Source: a virus. Taken from it: 64,000 nt of DNA. Positions 34,514 through 44,548 of this stretch are shown here, piece after piece. The DNA lies in IMG/VR virus record IMGVR_UViG_3300037882_001770, positions 203,033 through 267,032 of that record; one strand, 5' to 3'. The notes under the pieces are model-generated. The model saw only the letters and a program-made list of their open reading frames with translations, was not told the origin of the DNA and ran no database searches. The translations under genes and the position numbers were made by a program. How positions within the stretch are numbered: position 1 is the first letter of the stretch; the number at the start of each line of letters is the position of its first letter.

Positions 34514-37264
34514 ATGGCTCAACAATTTATTAATGTAGGCGCATCACCCAATGATGGGCAAGGCGATCCTATACGAACAAGTTTTATCAAATGTAACAAC
34601 AACTTTGACCAACTGTATAGTCGAGCTCAAACAGCACCTCCTGCTACCCTAGTAGGAACTCCGGGCGATGAAGCCGGAATGTACGCATACGACGTAGACT
34701 TTTTCTACTATTGTTTTCAAAATTACGACGGTAGTTCAGTTATTTGGAATCAAGTGCAACAGGCCGGTAATGTCAATGCTTCAACATTGACAAACGGCGA
34801 CAGTAATGTAAGAATTGCCCTGCCAGATGGTCCTGTCACTGTTTCTGTAAATGCTGTCAGCAACATAGCAGTGTTTACCACTACAGATTTAACCTTAACT
34901 GTTGATGTGAGTGCCACGGGCAATATTACCGGTGGAAATCTATTAGGCGATACTGATATTGTTGCAGTGGGTAATGTATATGGTGGCAACTTGCTGGCAA
35001 ATGCCAACATTGTTGCCACTGCAAATGTTTCGGCCAACAATTTGATAGCATTGGCCAATGTATCGGCTGTGGGCATCAGTGCCTCTGGTAATGTAACAGG
35101 TGGCAACATTCTTACTGTTGGACGCATAAGCGCTACCGGCAACGTCAACGGAAATTATATTTTAGGCAATGGTGCCTTGTTGACTGGCATTGTGACCACT
35201 GTTGACAATGTTACAAACGGAACCAGTAATGTTCGAATCAGTTCAGCCAATGCCAATGTCACAGTTGGAGTAAATGGCACAGCTAACGTAGCAGTATTTT
35301 CTACTTCAGGATTAACAGTTACGGGCATTTCATCATCCACCGGAAATGTAATCGGTGGCAACATTACCACAGCAGGTCAAGTTGTTGCCACAGGCAACAT
35401 CACTGGCGGAAACATATCAACTGCTGGCGGAATAAGTTCGACTGGAAATATTTTAACAGCCGGCAACATTTCTGCTACTGGCAATATTACCACAAGCGGA
35501 GTGTTTGTTGGAACATTCTTTGGCAACGTAACCGGTAACTTTGTGGTACCCGGTGCCAATACTCAAATTATTTTCAACACCAATGGTAATGCTGATGCAG
35601 TTGCAGGCCTGACATACAATGCAATATCAAATGTGTTGACTGTGCTAGGAGTAGTAAGCGCCACTGGCAACGTGTTGGGTGGCAATTTACTAACCACAGG
35701 ATTAATCAGTGCCACTGGTAACATACAAGCCGGCAATTTAAGAACCACTGGCGTGATGACTGCCACAGGAAACATTGTGGGTGGAAATCTTTTAACCACC
35801 TTGGTTGAAGCCACTACAGTCAGTGCCACTGGTAACATACAAGCCGCCAATTTAAGAACAACCGGATCAGTCAGTGCCACCGGCAACGTAGCTGGCGGAA
35901 ATTTAATTGCTGCAGGCATTACTACAGCAGTAGGCAACATCAATTCAGGCGCCAATATTATAGCGGCAGCCAATGTAATTGGTGGTAATATCTCCACAGC
36001 CGGACAATTATCGGCCGCAGGAAATATTACTGGCGCAAACGTTACTACCGGTGGTAGAGTACTAGCAACCGGTAACGTAACAGGTGGCAACATTACTACC
36101 GGCGGAGATGTTGACGCATTGGGTGATGTTAGCGGACTAACAGTTACAGCTTCGGCAAATATTACTGGTGGTAATTTACGAACAGCAGGTGTTGCCAATA
36201 TAGCCACCTTATTAGTAACAGGAAATACCACATTCACAGGCAATGTGGCCAACATCAATGTCACTGGCAACGTAACAGGTGGCAATTTTGTTACTCCGGG
36301 ATTAGGATCATTTGGCACTGTGGTAACTGCAACTGGCAACGTGATCGGCGGCAACGTTACCACAGCTGGCCAGGTCGTTGCCACAGCCAATATAACAGGT
36401 GGTAACATCACCACTGCTGGTAGAGTACTAGCCACAGGCAACGTAACAGGTGGTAACATCACCACTGGTGGCCTAGTTGTAGCCCTTGGCGACATTACCG
36501 GCGGTAACTTAAGAACCACCGGATTAGTTAGCGCCACCGGCAATATCACCGGTAACAACGCAACCATTACCAACACACTTACAACAGCTGCCCTCAGTGT
36601 AACTGGCAACGTTGCCAATAATCTAGCAGTAACTGGTAACGTGTCCGGAGGCAATCTTAGAACAGCTGGTCAAGTAAGTGCCACTGGCAATATTACTACA
36701 AATGGATTGTTTGTTGGAAACTTTACAGGAAATATTACTACTACTAGTATTATAATTCCAGGAACTCTTACACTCAACAGTGGAAATTCAGCCACGGCAA
36801 TTATCAATGGTGGCGGCAATGCTGTGGGCAATATTGGTTCAAGTTCAAACTATTTCAACACTGTATTTGCCAAAGCAACTTCGGCACAGTACGCCGACTT
36901 GGCAGAACTTTACCTAGCCGACACAGAGTATGCGCCTGGAACAGTGGTGTCGTTCGGCGGCGCCCAAGAAATTACGCTCAGCACAGCAGATCACGACGTG
37001 ACAGTAGCTGGTATTGTGAGTACCAATCCTAGCTACCTAATGAATTCTGGACTGTCGGGAGAACACGTGGTTGCAGTAGCATTAACTGGTCGCGTTCCCT
37101 GTCAGGTACAGGGGCCAGTACGCCCGGGTGCAATGATGGTCAGTGCCGGAAACGGCCGTGCCAGGGCCGAAGTTAACCCCGCAATGGGCACTGTAATAGG
37201 TAAGGCCTTGCAATCATTCGATGGCGAGGTTGGAATAATTGAAATTGTAGTTGGAAGACTTTAA
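34514..37264 (+). CDS. Tail fibre-like protein with about 17-aa repeats and C-terminal chaperone-like domain
   Basis: INVGASPNDGQGDPIR anchor; repeated ATGNVTGGN(I/L)xT; C-terminal YADLAELY...ALTGRVPC...IGKAL. Confidence 0.8.
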   Translation: MAQQFINVGASPNDGQGDPIRTSFIKCNNNFDQLYSRAQTAPPATLVGTPGDEAGMYAYDVDFFYYCFQNYDGSSVIWNQVQQAGNVNASTLTNGDSNVRIALPDGPVTVSVNAVSNIAVFTTTDLTLTVDVSATGNITGGNLLGDTDIVAVGNVYGGNLLANANIVATANVSANNLIALANVSAVGISASGNVTGGNILTVGRISATGNVNGNYILGNGALLTGIVTTVDNVTNGTSNVRISSANANVTVGVNGTANVAVFSTSGLTVTGISSSTGNVIGGNITTAGQVVATGNITGGNISTAGGISSTGNILTAGNISATGNITTSGVFVGTFFGNVTGNFVVPGANTQIIFNTNGNADAVAGLTYNAISNVLTVLGVVSATGNVLGGNLLTTGLISATGNIQAGNLRTTGVMTATGNIVGGNLLTTLVEATTVSATGNIQAANLRTTGSVSATGNVAGGNLIAAGITTAVGNINSGANIIAAANVIGGNISTAGQLSAAGNITGANVTTGGRVLATGNVTGGNITTGGDVDALGDVSGLTVTASANITGGNLRTAGVANIATLLVTGNTTFTGNVANINVTGNVTGGNFVTPGLGSFGTVVTATGNVIGGNVTTAGQVVATANITGGNITTAGRVLATGNVTGGNITTGGLVVALGDITGGNLRTTGLVSATGNITGNNATITNTLTTAALSVTGNVANNLAVTGNVSGGNLRTAGQVSATGNITTNGLFVGNFTGNITTTSIIIPGTLTLNSGNSATAIINGGGNAVGNIGSSSNYFNTVFAKATSAQYADLAELYLADTEYAPGTVVSFGGAQEITLSTADHDVTVAGIVSTNPSYLMNSGLSGEHVVAVALTGRVPCQVQGPVRPGAMMVSAGNGRARAEVNPAMGTVIGKALQSFDGEVGIIEIVVGRL

Positions 37265-37267
37265 AAT

Positions 37268-40057
37268 ATGGCACAACCTGTTTGGGTAACTCCGGCTGGT
37301 AGCTTAGGCACTATTCCCGAAGGGGTCTTTTATCAAATACCCTTAGAGGCCTATGAACCAGAATTAATTCTAACAGTTACCTCTCTGGTGGCCACTGGAT
37401 CTAGTGTTACTTTAAACTTTGCAACACAAGCAACAATTCCGTTTTTGGTAGGCACAACTATAACAGTAGCCGGATTTATACCCAACACTTACAACTCGAT
37501 CTACACAGTAACAGGCGCAACTACCAGCTCGGTTACCTTTGCAAGTACTGTAACTGATTCAGTTACCAATTATGGCACAGTGCGTGTGGGAGTACAATTT
37601 CAAATTATTGCTGGGTCCTTGCCGCCCGGAATACAAGTTGAAGCCACCGGAGTGATTGAAGGCATTCCGTCGGCGACAATTGAGATACAAGGTGTTCCGG
37701 CCAACGTAAGCAGAGATGTCACTAGCAAATTTGCCATACGAGCCTACACAGAAACCATAGTTAACGGCATACGAGTTATTAACCGGCTAGCGGATCGAAC
37801 ATTTACACTAACAGTCACTGGTCAAGACGCTCCTGAATTTATTACACCCCCCGGAAACATTGGAATCTTTTATGATGGCGCCCAAATTGAGCCAATACAG
37901 ATAGAATATACTGACACAGATCCAACGGACATAGTTGTTATTAGACTGTCAGCTGGACAATTGCCACCTGGATTAACGCTAAGTGCGTCTGGACTTATCT
38001 CGGGCTACACCATTCCTAATTCGCCTATTGATGCCACGGCCGGATACAGTAGAGACGGGCAAGGATTTGATGAATACCCGTTTGATTTTTCAACTCAAAG
38101 TATCGACACAACATATGAGTTTGTGTTAGAAGTAACCGACGGAAAAAACAGTGACCTGCGGGCCTTTACAATCCAGGTGTATTCTCGAGATTCGTTAGAC
38201 GCTTCAACCACAGATATAACTGCTGACAATACCTTTATCACAGCCGATGCTAGCCCAACTCGTGTGCCGTTTATTACTACTCCACAGGGCAGTATTGGCA
38301 CTGTAAGAAATGACAACTTCTTTGCTTTCCAATTCCAAGGACTAGACTTTGACGGCGATCGATTCGACTTTGCTGCATTGACTACCTTGCCACCTGGGCT
38401 AACCTTAGACCCTGTATCGGGTTGGTTATACGGATACATACCCGACTTGGGCCAGACCGAAAATGTATATAATTTTTCACTACGTGTATTCAAGGTAGAC
38501 AATCCATTGGTGTTCAGTGAAAACTACAACTATTCATTATCTATAATTGGCACAGTTGATACCACAGTTACTTGGTTGGTCCCAGGTGACCTGGGATCAA
38601 TCAACAACGGTGATACTAGTACCTTGTATGTCGCAGCTGAAAATGCCGCTGGCATACCATTATTGTATCGACTACAATCAGGTAGCGACAGTAGCTTGCC
38701 ACAAGGACTGACCTTATTGCCCAGTGGCGATATTGCTGGACGAGTAAGTTTTAACACTTTTGCGTTGGACAAAGGAGCGACCACATTTGATGTGGCGTCG
38801 CGCACCGGCGCAACAACATTTGACCTTACCTACATCTTTGTGGTCAATGCCTACAGTACCAATGGATTGGTCAGTGTATTTAAAACCTTTACTATACATC
38901 TGGTTCGTGAATATAACGAGCCCTATGAAAATCTGTATATCCAAGCCATGCCACCGCTCAATGATCGAGCAATAATTAACTCGTTGTTGTCAAACTCTAA
39001 CATATTCCCAGAAGACCTGTTGTATAGACCAACTGATCCAAATTTTGGATTGGCTGACAGTGTGATTTATCAACATGCTTTTGGTCTAACCAGTGCAACT
39101 ATTGCCGACTATGTGTCAAGTTTGTATCTCAACCACTATTGGAAAAATTTAATACTGGGAAATATTCAAACAGCGCAGGCGTTAGATGATGATGGAAATG
39201 TTTTATATGAAGTGGTGTACAGCAAAATCATCGATAATTTAGTTAATGCGCAAGATCAAAGTGTCAGCAAAGAAGTCACCTTACCTTACCCTATAGCGTT
39301 TCCGGACTCGGCTGAATTGTCTACAGTGTATCCAAACAGTCTAGACAACATGCGAGACCAAGTGATTGATACTGTAGGACAAATTAGCAATATTTTACCA
39401 CGTTGGATGTTGAGCAAACAAGCCAACGGACAAGTGTTGGGATTTACGCCTGCTTGGGTAATTGCCTACACCAATCCTGGAAAGAGCGGGCAGATTGCCT
39501 ACAATATAGAAACACAGTTTACACAACCGTTAAATTTGATAGATTTTAAAGTGGATCGTTACGAGTTAGATCGTGCTCTAAGTATCAATTGGGATCCGTT
39601 GGCTGACAGCAGCCAAGGAGCATGGGAGCCATATCCAACCCTGACTACATTTGACATTAATCCGCATTATCAATTGATGTCACAACCAACTGTTGGTGGA
39701 ACTGGATATGCTGTTGGAGACATAATTGCAATATCCGGCGGTGACCTGTTAGGCGTTCCTGGAGCAAATGATGCGTTTTTTACTGTGTCGCAGGTTAGTG
39801 ATGTTGGTGCAATTGAAATAGTGTTTTGTTCGGGCACAGCCGAGCTGTTCACTGAAGGTGCAGTGTTTATTGATTATTTTGGAACAAATATCATTGGATC
39901 TGGCAGTGGCGCAACATTCAGCATTGAAACAGTAGCCGGAGTACAAACCGAGTTTGATGGTGGCAGCCTACGATTTATTAGTCCTGTAGATATGTACACT
40001 ACCGGTAACGAATACGATAAATATCTCGTATTCCCCAAACGGAACATTTTAGAATAA
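37268..40057 (+). CDS. Baseplate wedge-like structural protein with putative Ig repeats
   Basis: PVWVTPAGSLG; repeated LPPGLTL...G.I.G; DKYLVFPK end. Confidence 0.75.
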   Translation: MAQPVWVTPAGSLGTIPEGVFYQIPLEAYEPELILTVTSLVATGSSVTLNFATQATIPFLVGTTITVAGFIPNTYNSIYTVTGATTSSVTFASTVTDSVTNYGTVRVGVQFQIIAGSLPPGIQVEATGVIEGIPSATIEIQGVPANVSRDVTSKFAIRAYTETIVNGIRVINRLADRTFTLTVTGQDAPEFITPPGNIGIFYDGAQIEPIQIEYTDTDPTDIVVIRLSAGQLPPGLTLSASGLISGYTIPNSPIDATAGYSRDGQGFDEYPFDFSTQSIDTTYEFVLEVTDGKNSDLRAFTIQVYSRDSLDASTTDITADNTFITADASPTRVPFITTPQGSIGTVRNDNFFAFQFQGLDFDGDRFDFAALTTLPPGLTLDPVSGWLYGYIPDLGQTENVYNFSLRVFKVDNPLVFSENYNYSLSIIGTVDTTVTWLVPGDLGSINNGDTSTLYVAAENAAGIPLLYRLQSGSDSSLPQGLTLLPSGDIAGRVSFNTFALDKGATTFDVASRTGATTFDLTYIFVVNAYSTNGLVSVFKTFTIHLVREYNEPYENLYIQAMPPLNDRAIINSLLSNSNIFPEDLLYRPTDPNFGLADSVIYQHAFGLTSATIADYVSSLYLNHYWKNLILGNIQTAQALDDDGNVLYEVVYSKIIDNLVNAQDQSVSKEVTLPYPIAFPDSAELSTVYPNSLDNMRDQVIDTVGQISNILPRWMLSKQANGQVLGFTPAWVIAYTNPGKSGQIAYNIETQFTQPLNLIDFKVDRYELDRALSINWDPLADSSQGAWEPYPTLTTFDINPHYQLMSQPTVGGTGYAVGDIIAISGGDLLGVPGANDAFFTVSQVSDVGAIEIVFCSGTAELFTEGAVFIDYFGTNIIGSGSGATFSIETVAGVQTEFDGGSLRFISPVDMYTTGNEYDKYLVFPKRNILE

Positions 40058-40070
40058 ATTAGGATAAACT

Positions 40071-40955
40071 ATGACTAGCTTGATTAACCCAAACAACATT
40101 GACGGCGCTTACCCAGTTGCCGGCCAAGACAATAATTCACAAGGATTTCGTGATAATTTTACCAACACAAAAACCAACTTTCAGTATGCGTCTAACGAAA
40201 TCACAGACCTGCAAAATAAAGCAGTTCTCAAAAGCGCATTAACCGGAACCACGCTAAACAACGATATGTTGGGCAGTTTATTAAGCAATGCAACCATACA
40301 GGATTTTGGGTTGACCGCAGTTGCATTAGGCACATTGAGCTCAACTGTAACTATTAACTATGCCGCTGGACACTACCAAACAGTCACAACTGGAGGCAGT
40401 ATCAGTTTGAGCTTTACCAATGTTCCGGCGGCTGGTACCGCAGGTGTTTTTGCTGTTCAAATTACAGTGGCTAGCACTGCGCATACTGTCACATTGCCAG
40501 CAGCAGTTAGCGTGAACAGTCGTGGTGTCTGTGGATTGAATACTTCAACTAACGTTATTACTTTTTCCAGCACCGGCGTGTTTACATTCCAATTTATCAC
40601 ATCAGACGGCGGTTCTTCATATACTGTTAATGAAGTTAACAAGCAACTCCAACCATTCAATAACAGCAGTGAAGATTTAGCAGCCAGTGGTGCCGCTAAT
40701 TTGGCACTTGCTACCAGTTACTTTTCGACATCTGCAGCCGAAACAGCAACATTGGCAGCCGGGGTAAATGGGCAGATTAAAACTTTTGCTATGTTTGCCG
40801 ATTCTGGCGATATGGTTATTACTGTAACTAATGCTGGTTGGAAAACTTCAGGCACAGGTACAATTACATTTGATACCATTGGTGATGCATGTACACTACA
40901 ATATATCAATGCCAAATGGTTCTGTATTGGCAACAACGGTTGCGTATTTGCCTAA
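40071..40955 (+). CDS. Virion structural protein
   Basis: ID.AYPVAGQDNNSQGFRDNF N-terminus; beta-rich body. Confidence 0.75.
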   Translation: MTSLINPNNIDGAYPVAGQDNNSQGFRDNFTNTKTNFQYASNEITDLQNKAVLKSALTGTTLNNDMLGSLLSNATIQDFGLTAVALGTLSSTVTINYAAGHYQTVTTGGSISLSFTNVPAAGTAGVFAVQITVASTAHTVTLPAAVSVNSRGVCGLNTSTNVITFSSTGVFTFQFITSDGGSSYTVNEVNKQLQPFNNSSEDLAASGAANLALATSYFSTSAAETATLAAGVNGQIKTFAMFADSGDMVITVTNAGWKTSGTGTITFDTIGDACTLQYINAKWFCIGNNGCVFA

Positions 40956-40999
40956 CCAAACTTATTGACAATTGACAATTATTCATATACAATTAGTAT

Positions 41000-41221
41000 A
41001 TGGAACATCCGTTAATCACAGGTCTGGACTTGCTAACTCCAGACCAACTGTTAGAAAAAATATCCGAACTTAATCGAAAGTTAGCATTTGCCTATCGATC
41101 TGGCAATGTAAATTTATGCAATCAGATTCGTATGGCCATCGATAGCCACCAATCCATCTACCAAGAAAAAACTCGTCGCAATCCCGGAACAGCATTTGAC
41201 GATGTTATTGACATATCATGA
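41000..41221 (+). CDS. Hypothetical protein (leaderless)
   Basis: TTGACA-N17-TACAAT at 40965-93, ATG 6 nt later. Confidence 0.7.
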   Translation: MEHPLITGLDLLTPDQLLEKISELNRKLAFAYRSGNVNLCNQIRMAIDSHQSIYQEKTRRNPGTAFDDVIDIS

Positions 41222-41826
41222 ACGTTAGAATACACCACACTTTGCCATTTACAGCCGGAGTTTACTACAATGGCCGGATGCAGATGAACACCTATAGTTT
41301 AAAACTATGGATGCTGACCAACAGCATGGATGCCAATGATCATAATATAAGTTTTGAGCGCATCAAACATTTTATCTACTCTGAAATCGAAAGCACAATT
41401 TTTATCAATAGTGAACACCGCGAACAGTGCCAACTGTATGCCAATGCAGGTCTTAATATTACAACTATTCCAGGAGAACCAGTCGACCAATTGATTGGAA
41501 TCATGCTATACTGTAAACTAAATGCTATTACTGAAACTCGCATGATAATCGTGGAAACAGAACTCAGCAGTCACCTTGGCGATGGCATGGTGTATATACA
41601 TAGCGACGATGAAAATATACAAGGCGTTGAGGTACCAGACTGGTGGCTCACCCCCGATCTTGTTCATTGTGACAGTGCGTTGATTGACGTTGATAATGTG
41701 GTTCCTATGCACTTGACCAGTGCCTGGCGAGATTTTGATTTAAACTGGGTTGAAACCTCTGACAAGAAAACAAAAAACGATAACACTGTAGTATTTGCAG
41801 ACTTTGGTAGAGATGATACAAAATAA
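41218..41826 (+). CDS. Hypothetical protein
   Basis: 202-aa coupled ORF. Confidence 0.75.
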   Translation: MNVRIHHTLPFTAGVYYNGRMQMNTYSLKLWMLTNSMDANDHNISFERIKHFIYSEIESTIFINSEHREQCQLYANAGLNITTIPGEPVDQLIGIMLYCKLNAITETRMIIVETELSSHLGDGMVYIHSDDENIQGVEVPDWWLTPDLVHCDSALIDVDNVVPMHLTSAWRDFDLNWVETSDKKTKNDNTVVFADFGRDDTK

Positions 41827-42334
41827 ATTTGGTGAACTAGTATTTTCAGAAAACGACATATGCGATTTGCTCATGCAAGGACGCACGGTTAATTCATTAA
41901 AAAATGTTGTTGTTGATGAAACTGTAAATATCGAGGCACTGGCCAAGTTGGTTGACCGTCCAGAAAGTCTACTGACTTGGTCGTTTCCGTACGATGCAGA
42001 AACTTCTGTTCCGGAGTTTCATTTGACACAGCAGATGTCCTGGCACATGCCCGATGAATATAAGCAAATAGACATAGCAGCTTACATATTAGGGCTGTGC
42101 AATAACGAAGCAGAATTGCAAAGGTGCGGCGCAGAGTTATTGTTGTTTCAAGAAAAAGATCTATTCAACCTGTTGCGTTACTTGAAATATCTAGTGGATG
42201 TCATGACCACCAACCATATTATATGGGGTGTAGGACGTGGGTCAAGTGTAGCCAGCTATGTATTGTACAAATTGGGTGTGCACCAAATTGACAGCATGTT
42301 CTACGAATTAGACCCCACTGAATTTCTGCGTTAA
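41813..42334 (+). CDS. DNA polymerase III alpha (DnaE) fragment
   Basis: WGVGRGSSVASYVLYKLGVHQID...EFLR matches the DnaE GxGRGS..GS.V.Y.LGIT.xDP...ERFL segment. Confidence 0.75.
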   Translation: MIQNKFGELVFSENDICDLLMQGRTVNSLKNVVVDETVNIEALAKLVDRPESLLTWSFPYDAETSVPEFHLTQQMSWHMPDEYKQIDIAAYILGLCNNEAELQRCGAELLLFQEKDLFNLLRYLKYLVDVMTTNHIIWGVGRGSSVASYVLYKLGVHQIDSMFYELDPTEFLR

Positions 42335-42361
42335 ATACACCCATATTATTAAGGAAATATT

Positions 42362-42835
42362 ATGACCAAAAAGATATACAAAACAGCAATGGGCAAAACT
42401 GTTGATCTTGGCTCACTGCTACTGCAAAACGAAACAGTGCGAGCCGTGGGCAACATGAATGTCAATGCCCGAGGCGATCTATTGGATAGCAACAATCGTG
42501 TGATTGATCAAAAAAGTCGTCAAGTTCAACGACAATATCGACGCCAAACCAACGTTTCTAATATTCCTGTGGCTACCAGCACTCGGACTGCCAAGGAAAA
42601 ACAATTTATTAATACTGTAAACTCAGATGTTTTGGAGCCTGCGCTCGGTAATGAGTTTACAGAGTCTCCTGAGAATATTGTAGTTGCTCCTGGTGTAGTG
42701 AATTCTGAAATTGATGCCACAGTGGAGCCACAAGGCGGTCTTGCAGCTGCTATTGCTCGTGCCAAAACTGTCAAGCAAGAACTAGAAAAAACTGCAAAAC
42801 AACAAGCTCAGTCACAACCACTAAAACGTATCTAA
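42362..42835 (+). CDS. Conserved late hypothetical protein
   Basis: YKTAMGK.VD...AVGNMNVNARGD; TAAATA at 42332. Confidence 0.8.
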   Translation: MTKKIYKTAMGKTVDLGSLLLQNETVRAVGNMNVNARGDLLDSNNRVIDQKSRQVQRQYRRQTNVSNIPVATSTRTAKEKQFINTVNSDVLEPALGNEFTESPENIVVAPGVVNSEIDATVEPQGGLAAAIARAKTVKQELEKTAKQQAQSQPLKRI

Positions 42836-42843
42836 GAGGAATT

Positions 42844-43245
42844 ATGATTAAACCAGCATTTGCTCCACATAAAATTCAGCAGAAACAATTACAAGCTATT
42901 AAAAAAGATATCATTGTTACCGATATGGAATTTGCTGAACGATTTACCGCCAACGGATTGATACTGCCATCTGACAATGGCACTAGCCTGGGCATTAGAC
43001 CGCGCTGGGGTAAAGTGTATGCAGTCGGTTCAGACCAGCAAGATGTATCAGTAGGACAATGGGTATGTGTGGCACACGGCCGCTGGACTCGCGGCCTGGA
43101 CATTGAGGATGAAACTGGCAAGCGTACTATTCGCAAAATTGACCCAAACGATCTACTGTTGGTGTCTGACGAAAAGCCCATGGATATGACCATGAGCAGT
43201 GCTATACACGTAGGAAAGAAACCCGCTGATCAACTGCATGATTAA
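42844..43245 (+). CDS. groES: GroES-like co-chaperonin
   Basis: LQAIKKDIIV...T.NGLILP...WGKVYAVG...VSVGQWV. Confidence 0.75.
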   Translation: MIKPAFAPHKIQQKQLQAIKKDIIVTDMEFAERFTANGLILPSDNGTSLGIRPRWGKVYAVGSDQQDVSVGQWVCVAHGRWTRGLDIEDETGKRTIRKIDPNDLLLVSDEKPMDMTMSSAIHVGKKPADQLHD

Positions 43246-43248
43246 ACC

Positions 43249-43470
43249 ATGGGTTTCAAAAAACCAAATCTAAATGAAGCCAACTGGGCTATACGTACAG
43301 CACTGACCGAAATTCACAGTCCGTTAAATGATGGATTTATTCAAAGTAGTTGCAAACACGAGTTATACATGTTAAAATGTTGGCTAAACGACGAATATGA
43401 CAAACTTCCAATATTTGTTGGGGAAGAACTATGGGAACAAGAACGAATAGTACAGATACTGAAAAAGTAA
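43249..43470 (+). CDS. Hypothetical protein
   Basis: 73-aa ORF in operon. Confidence 0.65.
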   Translation: MGFKKPNLNEANWAIRTALTEIHSPLNDGFIQSSCKHELYMLKCWLNDEYDKLPIFVGEELWEQERIVQILKK

Positions 43471-43631
43471 AACCTTCAAAATGTAGTTTGTGTAATCAAG
43501 AGTATACCCCTGTGTGTGATTATCGGCAAGGACGATGTCCACATCATTCCAGCTGGTTAGATAATATTTTATCTGATCCATACAAGTCAAGATTTTACAA
43601 TTTACTTAAATTTTTAAAAGGCAACAAATGA
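43431..43631 (+). CDS. Small Cys-rich hypothetical protein
   Basis: CSLC...CDYRQGRCPHH; stop overlaps next ATG. Confidence 0.5.
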   Translation: MGTRTNSTDTEKVKPSKCSLCNQEYTPVCDYRQGRCPHHSSWLDNILSDPYKSRFYNLLKFLKGNK

Positions 43632-44548
43632 AAGAACTTTGGGTAGAAAAATATAGACCTAATACTATAGACGGTTACGTATTTCGCGACACCGCTCAGC
43701 GGGAACAAATTGAAAGCTGGATCAAGGATCGAGCAATTCCACATTTGATATTCAGTGGCAATGCTGGCATTGGAAAAACAACACTGGCTAAGATTTTGAT
43801 CAATCAGCTCGAAATAAACGAATATGATCTATTGGAAATCAATGCCAGTCGAACCAACAGTGTTGACGATGTTAGAGTAAAGATTCAGACCTTTGTAGAA
43901 ACAATGCCCTTTGGCGACTTCAAAATTGTGTTGTTAGACGAAGCAGATTATCTAAGCCCTAATGCTCAAGCCGCACTTCGAGGAGTTATGGAAACCTATG
44001 CGCATACAGCCAGATTTATTTTAACCTGTAACTACCCAACCAAGATTATTCCGGCACTACACAGTCGCTGTCAGGGCTTTCACATTGAACGTGTTGACAT
44101 GACTGAATTTACTGCTCGAGCAGCTACAGTGCTGGTTGAAGAATCAATTGAATTTGACCTAGATACCCTAGATACCTATGTCAAGGCTGCTTATCCAGAC
44201 CTGCGCAAATGTTTAAATACCTTGCAAATGAATAGTTCGTCGGGTAAACTGTTGGTCCCCAGTGGCGATGCCGGCAGTACAGGCGACTGGAAACTGTCGG
44301 CAGTTGAATTGTTTAAAGAAGGGCGGATCAATGACGCTCGCAAACTGATGTGTAGTCAAGCTCGGCCCGAGGAAATGGAAGATGTATTCCGTTGGATGTA
44401 CGACAACTTGTCGTTATGGAGCAAGGACACCGAAAAGCAAGATCAAGCAATTATTATCATTCGTAACGGCTTGGTGAATGTGCCAATGGTGGCGGATCAG
44501 GAGATCAATCTATCAGCAACTATCACGGAACTTTGCCAGTTGCAATGA
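43628..44548 (+). CDS. Clamp loader ATPase subunit (RFC/T4 gp44-like)
   Basis: LWVEKYRP, GNAGIGKTT, LDEAD, SRC motif. Confidence 0.95.
   Translation: MKELWVEKYRPNTIDGYVFRDTAQREQIESWIKDRAIPHLIFSGNAGIGKTTLAKILINQLEINEYDLLEINASRTNSVDDVRVKIQTFVETMPFGDFKIVLLDEADYLSPNAQAALRGVMETYAHTARFILTCNYPTKIIPALHSRCQGFHIERVDMTEFTARAATVLVEESIEFDLDTLDTYVKAAYPDLRKCLNTLQMNSSSGKLLVPSGDAGSTGDWKLSAVELFKEGRINDARKLMCSQARPEEMEDVFRWMYDNLSLWSKDTEKQDQAIIIIRNGLVNVPMVADQEINLSATITELCQLQ

Noticed and set aside
34750..36654. Long minus-strand ORFs (for example 35563..36654, 363 aa) and plus-strand ORFs inside 3312..6692
   Set aside because: Antisense shadows of repetitive G/N/T-rich fibre genes; no RBS or promoter, low-complexity translation.
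34900..36720. About 51-nt quasi-repeats suggesting a CRISPR array or DGR template
   Set aside because: Repeats are in-frame coding repeats varying at synonymous sites; no unique spacers, cas genes, reverse transcriptase or adenine-specific variation.
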